Shown: positions 30,768 to 38,910 of the stretch, piece after piece
Layout: each line of letters begins with the position of its first letter
How positions within the stretch are numbered: the first letter of the stretch is position 1
Origin: Candidatus Latescibacterota bacterium
GTDB lineage: Bacteria; Latescibacterota; UBA2968
Assembly (NCBI GenBank): GCA_965204375.1
Contig: OZ241986.1
Coordinates: 5,216,001-5,280,000 of the forward strand
Reading direction: 5' to 3'
Length of the DNA: 64,000 bases
Position numbers and translations under genes: made by a program
Notes under the pieces: model-generated
Databases searched by the model: none
What the model was told of the DNA's origin: nothing
Seen by the model: only the letters and a program-made list of their open reading frames with translations

Positions 30768-30941
30768 CAATGCCCAGAAGGTTTCTGTCATAACTTGCGG
30801 TATGTTGCCAACTACAGCGAACAATTTATGTTGCATATCATTATCCTTTTGAGACATTGTGTTGACTTTTGTAGTATAACACCGTACTCTTAAAATTTCA
30901 ATCTCTGACTGTTTGCAATACGTATCAGTAGGGAGGACAAT
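30768..30941 (-). pseudogene. Copy of the promoter and first ~23 codons of the CARF-sigma54 activator gene (19668-19841)
   Basis: MQHKLFAVVGNIPQVMTETFWAL versus MQHKLVAVVGNTPQVMTETFWAL; includes divergent promoter copy 2 (30862-30901). Confidence 0.9.
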
Positions 30942-31024
30942 ATATTCTGGTCTATGCTCAACAACAGAAATCCGCTCGGCACGAAGTTGCCTTGATCCGG
31001 CTGTCTTCTCTCAGGAGATATTAG

Positions 31025-32557
31025 ATGCAGGTTAATCAAGCCAAATACCTGCGGAGCGTTGGCGAGGAGCATCGCAAGAGATACGGGCAGTTCTTCACTC
31101 GCCCTGAAGTGGCTGAGTTTATGGTGCGGTGGGTCTTGAAATCAGGGCAGAGGACGCTCTTTGACCCCGGCTTTGGTCTGGGTGCTTTTTTCGATCCCGT
31201 TGCCGACGATCCAGGCATTGTGTTCGCCGGAAGTGAGAAAGATCCCAAAATTCTCGGCTTTTGGACAGGCGGGGCAAGGGGACGGAAAGTGGAGATTGAG
31301 CCTGAAGACTATCTGCTCTCCTGGGGGAAATCACACGCCAATATCGTCTGTAATCCGCCTTACATGCGCTTTCAGAAGTTTATTGGCAGGGATTCCGTGT
31401 TCAAGGGGTTTGTCGATAATCTGGGTTTGCGATTGTCGGGATACACGAATACGGCATCCGCATTCTTGCTGAAGTCGCTCTCCGAACTGAATGGGGAGGG
31501 ACGACTTGCGTATATTATGCCTCTTGAGTTTCTCAATACTGGATATGGAATCATTGTTAAGAAACGTCTTATCGAGAGCGGTCATCTTGTCTCTATTATC
31601 AATCTTAAATGTGAGAAGGACATATTCCCCGATGCAATAACCTCAGTGGGAATAATTCTGTATGATGCCTGTCGGCAATATTCCCACGTTGATTTCCATA
31701 TCGCCGATTCCATTTCTTCATTGGAAAACATCCTTGAAAATCAGCCAATTACCAGGATCGCATTGGACCGACTCAATCCAGAGTCGAAGTGGTTGTCATA
31801 CTTCCAGAAAAATACATTCGATATCAATCATGGAATGACGGTGCCGCTGAACTATTATGGTCATTTCAGCAGAGGCATTGCCACCGGAGCCAACGAGTTT
31901 TTTGTTTTGAAACCGTCTCGCGCCAAAACGCTGGGAATCAATGGCCCGGAGATTGTTCCCTGCATTACGAAAAGCTCTCAAATTCGGCAACCGGTGTTTG
32001 GTCGCGCAGACTACGATGATTTGGTCAGAAACGACGCGCCTGTTTTGCTATTCAGTGTTAGTAAGACACACTCGAAATACGCGGCGGATTATATTCGGAG
32101 TGGGGAGCAAAGGGGTTATAACACGCGGTTTTTAACGAAAAACCGAAATCCCTGGTACAAGACGGAAAGGAGAGCACCTGCACCACTTCTGCTTGGCGTC
32201 TTTTCTCGCGGAGGTTACAAGATTATTCGCAACAGAAGTGAGGTGTTGAACTTGACGTGTTTTCACGGCTTTCAGCCCAATATTATTGGTATGGCATATC
32301 TCGACCGCCTGTTTCTCTATCTGGCCTCTGCGCCGGGGCGAGATGTAGTTTCATTATGTGTTCGAAGATACGGCGACGCGCTGGATAAGTTCGAGCCTAA
32401 TGATCTGAATCAGGCACTTGTACCAGGCCAACAGGTGTTTGATGAACTTTCGAATAGGGAGGTCGCGAAAGCCGTTCGCTGTACAGAAAGAACCGGAAAA
32501 ACGCCCGGCTGGATAGACACTTTCTTTGAGCAATTGATGATACCCACCGACCATTAG
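31025..32557 (+). CDS. N6-adenine DNA methyltransferase (gamma class), no cognate endonuclease adjacent
   Basis: GQFFT, DPGFGLG, VCNPPY, RGIATGANEFF. Confidence 0.9.
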   Translation: MQVNQAKYLRSVGEEHRKRYGQFFTRPEVAEFMVRWVLKSGQRTLFDPGFGLGAFFDPVADDPGIVFAGSEKDPKILGFWTGGARGRKVEIEPEDYLLSWGKSHANIVCNPPYMRFQKFIGRDSVFKGFVDNLGLRLSGYTNTASAFLLKSLSELNGEGRLAYIMPLEFLNTGYGIIVKKRLIESGHLVSIINLKCEKDIFPDAITSVGIILYDACRQYSHVDFHIADSISSLENILENQPITRIALDRLNPESKWLSYFQKNTFDINHGMTVPLNYYGHFSRGIATGANEFFVLKPSRAKTLGINGPEIVPCITKSSQIRQPVFGRADYDDLVRNDAPVLLFSVSKTHSKYAADYIRSGEQRGYNTRFLTKNRNPWYKTERRAPAPLLLGVFSRGGYKIIRNRSEVLNLTCFHGFQPNIIGMAYLDRLFLYLASAPGRDVVSLCVRRYGDALDKFEPNDLNQALVPGQQVFDELSNREVAKAVRCTERTGKTPGWIDTFFEQLMIPTDH

Positions 32558-32593
32558 CACCCTCTGTCCTCTTCCCTCCAAATCCATACAACT

Positions 32594-33526
32594 CTACTTT
32601 TTGCCTTCGGTTTGTTTGCGATATTTTGAAGTTACCATCTCTATCTCATCGAGCAGGGCCTCAACGGATACGTCTTTGGCGATGGTGGTATTTAGAGAAC
32701 CATAATGGATCTCGAGACATTCCAGGAGTAATGCCTTGATCTTATCTTCGTCTGGCTTGTGAGGTATCGGACTTTCCTTATCATCATAGAGCTTGTCGAG
32801 TTCCGCTTTTTTGCGATCAAAGAACTCCCTGAGCTGCTCCTTCGTCCATTCTCCCCGACGGATTGATTTGTAGATTTCTTTATACCGATCAAGCACAATA
32901 TCGCCTTCTCGCATGATCATTTCGCACTCGTATGCCAGGCGAACCAGATGATACCCGAATTTGGTATCATATCCAAACCGTTCGATATCTGATTGCCGGC
33001 GCGGGTTTGTGCGGCTTTCTGCATCGAGCTTCTTGAGCTGGGAATGGGCATAACCCAAAAACTTGTGGTAGGCTCCCTTGTGCAAAAAAGCTTTTCGGCT
33101 TTGCCGCATGAGATCATAAATCTGGGAGGTAGATAACAGGCATCTGGGAGGCAGGAATAGAATCTCCACTATATTTGGATTGTTCTCCATTGCAAGCTGG
33201 AAGAACTTCACGATGTTGTAGATCGTAATGTCATAAGTTTTCCGCTCATCCTTTGCTTCTATGCCGTGCGCCTGGAATTGATCGAACTTTGGGGGTTGTG
33301 TACCGAAGCCCTGGATATGTCCTGCAAGGTGGGGGAAAATAACTGTCTTTGGGGGGATGGCGATTCCGACAATATCTCGATCAGCCTTTTTGGGGTCTTC
33401 GCATCCGTAGGCAAAAGATCCGGTTAGCCCTTCGAGCATTATGTTATCCGGCAGCCAGGGTGGGGGATGAATGAGGTCCTTATTGGCAAGCCTCGCTGTG
33501 CGTGTGAGTTTCTTCGGTTTCGGCAT
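32594..33526 (-). CDS. Pol-beta superfamily nucleotidyltransferase (RlaP/YcgL-like)
   Basis: GSFAYG...DRDIVGI, NNPNIVE, GYA..Q, YDTKFGYHLVRL. Confidence 0.82.
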   Translation of the reverse strand: MPKPKKLTRTARLANKDLIHPPPWLPDNIMLEGLTGSFAYGCEDPKKADRDIVGIAIPPKTVIFPHLAGHIQGFGTQPPKFDQFQAHGIEAKDERKTYDITIYNIVKFFQLAMENNPNIVEILFLPPRCLLSTSQIYDLMRQSRKAFLHKGAYHKFLGYAHSQLKKLDAESRTNPRRQSDIERFGYDTKFGYHLVRLAYECEMIMREGDIVLDRYKEIYKSIRRGEWTKEQLREFFDRKKAELDKLYDDKESPIPHKPDEDKIKALLLECLEIHYGSLNTTIAKDVSVEALLDEIEMVTSKYRKQTEGKK

Positions 33527-33540
33527 TCTCTACCTCCTTT

Positions 33541-33762
33541 CTATACAAGATTAAATTCCTTTTTTTCTTGATTTTTTTCGACCTTAAATTCGAGCCACAT
33601 GCGTATCATCCGCAAGATAAATGTGGCAATCGCCAGATATAAGACCGCATTCCATATCACCTTTGAACCAAAAATGCCGTACAACAATAATGCCAGGACA
33701 AAAGCGACAGGAAATAAATATCGAAAAATACGGATTTGCTCTTGTCGTGAAAGACGGTTCAT
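33541..33762 (-). CDS. Small two-TM membrane protein
   Basis: GGAG RBS, two hydrophobic segments, 14 bp from the nucleotidyltransferase start. Confidence 0.6.
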   Translation of the reverse strand: MNRLSRQEQIRIFRYLFPVAFVLALLLYGIFGSKVIWNAVLYLAIATFILRMIRMWLEFKVEKNQEKKEFNLV

Positions 33763-33781
33763 GATTTTGTATTGCTCCGTT

Positions 33782-33859
33782 TCGTTATCCTCTTGAGACC
33801 TCTCATTGACTTTTGTAGTATAACACAGTACTTTTGGAATATCAATTTATGAGTGTTTG
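33782..33859. promoter_or_regulatory. Third copy of the divergent promoter cassette (19738-19815)
   Basis: Plus TTGACT-N17-TACTTT; minus TTGATA-N17-TATACT; flanks similar to copy 1. Confidence 0.8.
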
Positions 33860-33953
33860 TCTGGCATCTAATAAAGAGAATTGAGGAGTGATGTATAACT
33901 GCGTAGCAGTTCATTGCCCCCGCTCCCAATTTTTAATTACAAGGATTGATACT

Positions 33954-34496
33954 ATGACTCGACAACCATTCTCGCCACCATCTCGGAAGCTACCAGGTTG
34001 GTTCTACGAATCGAAACCTGCCCAAGAAATCATCACAAAAGCATTTGTTCAAGCAAGCAGAGAACGCGCCATCGAATTTATTTTGAAAGCTTTAGAACTG
34101 CGCTTTGATCCCGATCCTGATCAGGCTTGGCTATTGGCAGCCCGCATTGCGGCCCTCGAAGATTTGGAAAGCCTCAATAGGTTCCATCGTGCGGCGATAC
34201 AGGTGCCTACTCTGGCGGCGTTTCAAGACTTGTTATCGGAAGCGTTCAGGTCAGAATCATCCATTGGTCAGCTAGTCGTCGAAGAAGGGTTTGAGGAAGG
34301 GAGCAAAAAATACGCCATCAAATTCCTCCGTGAAGTGTTAGACCTTCGCTTTGATCCGGACGAGGTGAGGCAGTTGACCGCGCGTATTGCGGGTATTAAA
34401 GATGTGCAACGACTCAAGCAATTACATCGTGCGGCGATACAGGTGCCCGATCTTGAAGAATTCAGACGCCTGTTAGAGGATATGATAGTGGCGTGA
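33954..34496 (+). CDS. Protein of two tandem Rpn C-terminal/DUF4351-like domains
   Basis: Internal repeat LELRFDPD...ARIA..EDL..L...HRAAIQVP.L..F..LL occurs twice. Confidence 0.6.
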   Translation: MTRQPFSPPSRKLPGWFYESKPAQEIITKAFVQASRERAIEFILKALELRFDPDPDQAWLLAARIAALEDLESLNRFHRAAIQVPTLAAFQDLLSEAFRSESSIGQLVVEEGFEEGSKKYAIKFLREVLDLRFDPDEVRQLTARIAGIKDVQRLKQLHRAAIQVPDLEEFRRLLEDMIVA

Positions 34497-34609
34497 CGAA
34501 ATTTCTCCAAATTCTCCCCACTGCTTGCAATCCAAATCTATCCAACTAAATCACCCCTGAAGAGTATATCTCTCCAGGGGTTTTAAAATTTTGCAATATG
34601 TGGAGGACA

Positions 34610-34810
34610 TCAGGGCAATGCGTCAACTCGTTCCACTTCTGTAATTAAGATTTGATTCACCACGTCACCCAAATCTTTGCCTCTTTTCTCCGCGATCTGT
34701 TCAAGCCGGTGCTGGAGTTTCGCATCGAGGTAAATCGGCAGCCGGATTTCAGCGCCCTTGCGGTAAAATTTTCCTCTTTCGGCTTTGGAGAAATCGTATT
34801 CTGGCTTCAT
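34610..34810 (-). CDS. BrnA-like antitoxin
   Basis: MKPEYDFSKAERGKFYR; directly downstream of BrnT. Confidence 0.8.
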   Translation of the reverse strand: MKPEYDFSKAERGKFYRKGAEIRLPIYLDAKLQHRLEQIAEKRGKDLGDVVNQILITEVERVDALP

Positions 34811-34813
34811 TGG

Positions 34814-35119
34814 CTATCTCCTTGTGTATTGTCTTGTTTCATTCCGGGTTGCCTTACGTGCCGAGATTAACCGTATTCGGGCAGTTACCGCTGTCTCCTC
34901 CCGATATGTGTGACAAACAACCAATAAACTACCTGTTCGATCTATGCCAAGAATGATCCATCTATCCTCGTCTTGGCTGTGCTCCTCGTCAAACTCAGAG
35001 AAGGCGTGTGGATCCCAGAAAACAGTAGCAGCACGCTCAAAAGCAATGCCATGGTCCTGAAGATTTCGTTGCGCTTTAACGGGGTCCCATTCAAATTGAT
35101 ATTGAAACGGGTTAGTCAC
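34814..35119 (-). CDS. brnT: BrnT family toxin
   Basis: FEWDPVKA..N..HGIAFE.A..VF.DP, EDRW..LG, IRLISARKAT. Confidence 0.9.
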   Translation of the reverse strand: MTNPFQYQFEWDPVKAQRNLQDHGIAFERAATVFWDPHAFSEFDEEHSQDEDRWIILGIDRTGSLLVVCHTYREETAVTARIRLISARKATRNETRQYTRR

Positions 35120-35342
35120 TTATTGTCCTATCAATTTCCACCTATAATTCACTCAAAAAAATGAGATACTTTACTACTGTACCTTATAATAGCAAATGAG
35201 TGATGTAAATACAATGCGAAAAATCAGATTGCCCGACGGATGCGGATGTCTGAATCGAGGCGTTTGAAAAATTTCAACGGGTGATGTGATCTATTGCTGC
35301 TTTGAGTTCTTTGGGACTGAATCCATTTCCTTTTGTTGGACC

Positions 35343-36977
35343 TTACTTTACGAACCGATTAAATACATTCTCCATCATGCGTTGCACGCGCGGGTCCGGG
35401 CCTTGCGGCTCGGCAACCCGCGCGGGTAGTACGTGGCCGGGAGGCGATGACAAACCTTGCGCCCACCAGATCGTCCCGGCGTTGAACACAAAGTTGTTCC
35501 TGGGCCCGTCGTAGATCGTCGCGACATGGGGCGGTCTGACTTTTCCCTGGTTATTTTTCGTGGTGCCTTTCGCCAGGATTTCCATCCCGGGCTGATCGTA
35601 AGGGGGAGAACCATGCCATTCCCATCCCACCAGGCCTTTGATTGCGTCGCCTTCTTTCAGGTCTGTGCCTTGATATAGCCAGTGATCGGGCTTGACGCAG
35701 ACCCAGTCTCCGCCGCCGCCGATACCGGCCGTACGTCCACCCATAAGCAGCGCCCCGTCCGGCCCTGGCGGAGACTTGGCGGGGGTGCCGCGTCGCTTGT
35801 TCAACATCTTGCTGAGTTCCTCACCAAAGAACTTATCTTCGCGTCGCATAATCCGGTGGAGCTGCCCCTCGGCAGAGGGCAGCAAAGGCACCACACCCCA
35901 AACCGAATTACCACTCAGGAACGCAAGGTTGACGCCCGCGTCTCGGGCCGCGCTGACGTTGTCATACATCTCCCGCGTCCAATACTCGTCATGGCCCACG
36001 GAGATAAAGCCTTTGGTGCGTTGTAATCTCGGACCGTGCCTGTGCGTATCCACATTTGAGATATACGACACATCGTAGCCCTGCTGCTCCATCCAATAGG
36101 ACAACGGGAATTCCCAGAGAAGAAATTCGCCCGAACCCTGGGACTTGGGATTCTTGACCAGATGATCCTGGCAGAACTGCGCGTAGGGACGGTCAAAACT
36201 CACCCACCCGGTATCGTTCGCGTTGGTGCTCCACTTTTTCCTTTTCTTATATCCCGTGTAGCCATTCTCGTCGTTGTGGTAAAGAGACCACTCGTTAGTA
36301 GGCCAACTGTTGTAGGCTTGCCAGGTCATGTCGCTGCACTGGAAGAGCAAATCGCAAGGCCGGTCGTCGCGCACAATGAAGATGACGTAGCTTTGCAGAC
36401 CTTCCTTCTCGGCTGTGAGTTTCCCGAGATAGACGCCGCTCAGCCAATCGTCTGGAATCTCAAATTCTACGGAAGGTTCCCACTTGCATTCTCGCAGACG
36501 GTTTTCGCCTATCGACGGATCGGCCTGGGTTTTGCCCTGTATAGAATCAAAGCGCTTCATGGACCGCCCGCCGGTGCCGCCGTAGTAACCCGTGCGGAAG
36601 ATCTCCAGATCAAACTGGGACACTGGATTCGTGCTCACCATGATCTTGATCGTGTCGCCAGTGCTCACGCTCGTCTCGGAGCAGTAGCCCTCGATTCGCG
36701 GGGAACGCCACAACTCTACCGGTTCGATGTCGTTGATGTCGGTCTTAGTGAGCATCCAGTCGCGCGTTCCACGCTCGGCGTTTTCGAGTTGGATACGATT
36801 GCGTCGTTTTGATTTCGATGCGTTTGAATTTCCGTAGAGTTGTGGTGCGCCGAATGTTCCGGCTGCGAGACCGAGACTTGTGGCGGCGACGCCTTTGATT
36901 AAATCACGGCGATTCAGGCCATTTTGACACGTAAAACGCTTCCAGAAATGAAAAACTGCTTTCAAATCTTTGCTCAT
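35343..36977 (-). CDS. Tat-exported DMFase beta-like (DUF6605) protein, mosaic paralogue with a leader-derived N-terminus
   Basis: Near-identical blocks shared with the 24203, 27497 and 29111 copies; leader copy at 36909-36991. Confidence 0.82.
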   Translation of the reverse strand: MSKDLKAVFHFWKRFTCQNGLNRRDLIKGVAATSLGLAAGTFGAPQLYGNSNASKSKRRNRIQLENAERGTRDWMLTKTDINDIEPVELWRSPRIEGYCSETSVSTGDTIKIMVSTNPVSQFDLEIFRTGYYGGTGGRSMKRFDSIQGKTQADPSIGENRLRECKWEPSVEFEIPDDWLSGVYLGKLTAEKEGLQSYVIFIVRDDRPCDLLFQCSDMTWQAYNSWPTNEWSLYHNDENGYTGYKKRKKWSTNANDTGWVSFDRPYAQFCQDHLVKNPKSQGSGEFLLWEFPLSYWMEQQGYDVSYISNVDTHRHGPRLQRTKGFISVGHDEYWTREMYDNVSAARDAGVNLAFLSGNSVWGVVPLLPSAEGQLHRIMRREDKFFGEELSKMLNKRRGTPAKSPPGPDGALLMGGRTAGIGGGGDWVCVKPDHWLYQGTDLKEGDAIKGLVGWEWHGSPPYDQPGMEILAKGTTKNNQGKVRPPHVATIYDGPRNNFVFNAGTIWWAQGLSSPPGHVLPARVAEPQGPDPRVQRMMENVFNRFVK

Positions 36978-37003
36978 AATACACGCTCCTGATAACGAAA
37001 TAC

Positions 37004-37031
37004 TTGACACTTTCCAATCGCATCCTATAAT
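37004..37031 (+). promoter_or_regulatory. Consensus sigma70 promoter
   Basis: TTGACA-N16-TATAAT. Confidence 0.65.
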
Positions 37032-37115
37032 AGCAATCGCGTTATGTAAACACAATGCGAAAAATCAGATTGCGGTGTTGTGGTTGCTTGTATGTAGTTG
37101 CATTTGATTTTCATC

Positions 37116-37261
37116 CTGTTCATCCTTTCATCCTGATAATCCTGATTCAGACTGTGGTTGCTTTTCTGCATTTGATTTTCATCACTGGATAGAATCATTC
37201 CAGTGCAGGCTCTGTTCATCCTTTCATCCTGATAATCCTGATTCAGACTGTAGTTGCTTTT
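37116..37261. repeat. Two direct copies of a ~48-bp CATCCT-rich intergenic repeat
   Basis: CTGTTCATCCTTTCATCCTGATAATCCTGATTCAGACTGT at ~37116 and ~37212. Confidence 0.75.
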
Positions 37262-37383
37262 TTGCCTTTCATCTGTGATTGCTATAATAAAGGAGTAAGA
37301 AAAAAGTTGAGTATGAAGGCCATAGTTGCCAAATTCGAAGAGGAAGAAAAAACCATTTCATTATATTCTTCGAGGAGGCAACC

Positions 37384-38652
37384 ATGGCCAAGACGCACAA
37401 GCATTCGCAGTATGTTTCTCCCAACACCTTAATCATTGGGATCGATATCGGTAAACAGGTTCACTTTGTCAAGATGATGTTAGATGGTATGCAGATCGCC
37501 AGTTTTAAACTCTACAACGAAGGTCGCGCCTTTATGTCTTTGCTGCAAAAGATTCAACAGGTTAAGAACCAACATCAATGTACCGCGTCCCTCATTGGTA
37601 TGGAACCTACCGGACATTACTGGTTGCCGTTGGCCTACTTTCTCCAAGCTCATAAGCAGCCTTTTGTCATCGTCAAGCCTTCCCACGTGCGCTGGTCAAA
37701 GGAACTGGCAGACAACAGTCCCTTGAAAACAGACCAAAAAGATGCCAGCGTCATTGCCGAGTTAGTGCGTCAAGGCACCTATCACAGTGCCTATCTCCCT
37801 GAAGGGGTCTATGCCCATTTGCGGACATTGACCGCGATGCGCTATCACAAGAAAGACCAAATCGCAGCGACTAAAAACGTGCTTCATCGTATCCTAGATG
37901 TATGCTTCCCTGAGTTTGTGACCCTCTTTAGCGACCTGTCTGGCAAAACCGCCCGACAACTTCTGAGCGTGGCACCGACGCCTTTGCAGATACAAGCCCT
38001 TGGAATAAAAAAACTTACGGCCTTGATCCGCAAGGCATCTAATCATCGCCTCAGTAAAGCCAAAGCCAAAGCTGTGCTCAAGGCGGCCAGAGCTTCTATT
38101 GGCGTGAGCCAGGGTTTGGACAGTGTCTGTATGGAACTGTCTCAGACCCTCTGCTTACTTGAGCTTCTTAATACCCAACTGCAAGAGATCGAAACCCGTC
38201 TGCAAGAGCACTTACAAAACATACCACAGGCAAGATATATGTGCTCAATCCCTGGCATAGGACCTATCACGGTCGCCTCCATACTCGGTGAAACAGGGCC
38301 CTTCACTGCTTATGATGCCCCTGAAAAACTCATCAAACTGGCTGGCTTAAATCTCTTTGAAATCTCTTCAGGACATAAAAAGGGCAGGAGAAGGATCGCC
38401 AAACGCGGACGATCCAGACTCAGACGCATACTCTATACAGCTATCTTGCCCCTCATCATACATAATCCCATATTCAATGAGACCTATCACCGATTCAAAG
38501 AGGCAGGAAAACCCAATCAAAAAGCCTTTGTTGCACTGTGCACGAAACTCTTACGCATCCTGTTTGCACTGGTCAATAAACAAGAAGTATTTAATACCGA
38601 CTTCAACACGAGGAAGAATCACAAAGCACAAATCGCGCCCAAAGCGGCTTAA
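37384..38652 (+). CDS. IS110-family DEDD recombinase
   Basis: GIDIGK, GMEPTG, KTDQKDA, SIPGIG, AGL....SSG. Confidence 0.95.
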   Translation: MAKTHKHSQYVSPNTLIIGIDIGKQVHFVKMMLDGMQIASFKLYNEGRAFMSLLQKIQQVKNQHQCTASLIGMEPTGHYWLPLAYFLQAHKQPFVIVKPSHVRWSKELADNSPLKTDQKDASVIAELVRQGTYHSAYLPEGVYAHLRTLTAMRYHKKDQIAATKNVLHRILDVCFPEFVTLFSDLSGKTARQLLSVAPTPLQIQALGIKKLTALIRKASNHRLSKAKAKAVLKAARASIGVSQGLDSVCMELSQTLCLLELLNTQLQEIETRLQEHLQNIPQARYMCSIPGIGPITVASILGETGPFTAYDAPEKLIKLAGLNLFEISSGHKKGRRRIAKRGRSRLRRILYTAILPLIIHNPIFNETYHRFKEAGKPNQKAFVALCTKLLRILFALVNKQEVFNTDFNTRKNHKAQIAPKAA

Positions 38653-38825
38653 GCTCCTGGGATGAGCGGGACAGAACTGTGATGAACATGCGGGCTTTGA
38701 CCCTGAATCTGTGACGTGTTCGCCTGCCTCTCAGGAGCTTGAATGAAGCAATTTAAGGGCACAGACCCTCGATGACATACCTGTGTAAAGCCCTGAGACA
38801 TAACCGGCAGGATTAACCGCTCGAC
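38652..38825 (+). ncRNA. Putative bridge RNA/seekRNA
   Basis: Guides for target (GATGAACA, ATCTGTG) and donor (AGCAAT, ATACCTG), each pair flanking a GGG..CCC hairpin; AAGCTCCTG/CAGGAGCTT closing stem. Exact ends are uncertain. Confidence 0.75.
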
Positions 38826-38910
38826 TCTCGTTTTTGGCACTTTTATCACTTGACTTTCTTATACCTGTTCATCTGCGTTCATCTGCGGATACTTTTTTTG
38901 GGAGTTTTTT

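Larger units (their letters stand above)
37276..38867 (+). mobile_element. IS110/IS1111-family element with TG core
   Basis: TG at 37276-37277 and 38866-38867. Removing the element restores ATCTGTGTTC-ATCTGCGTTC; joining its ends makes TTGACT-N17-TATAAT. Confidence 0.88.

Noticed and set aside
29111-36991. Idea that DUF6605 genes are giant spacers integrated at a leader by Cas1-Cas2
   Set aside because: No CRISPR repeat flanks them and the repeat-proximal ~46 bp of the leader is missing; microhomology recombination explains the junction better.
38835-38850. TGGCAC in the IS right end as a third sigma54 promoter
   Set aside because: There is no TTGC at the -12 position.
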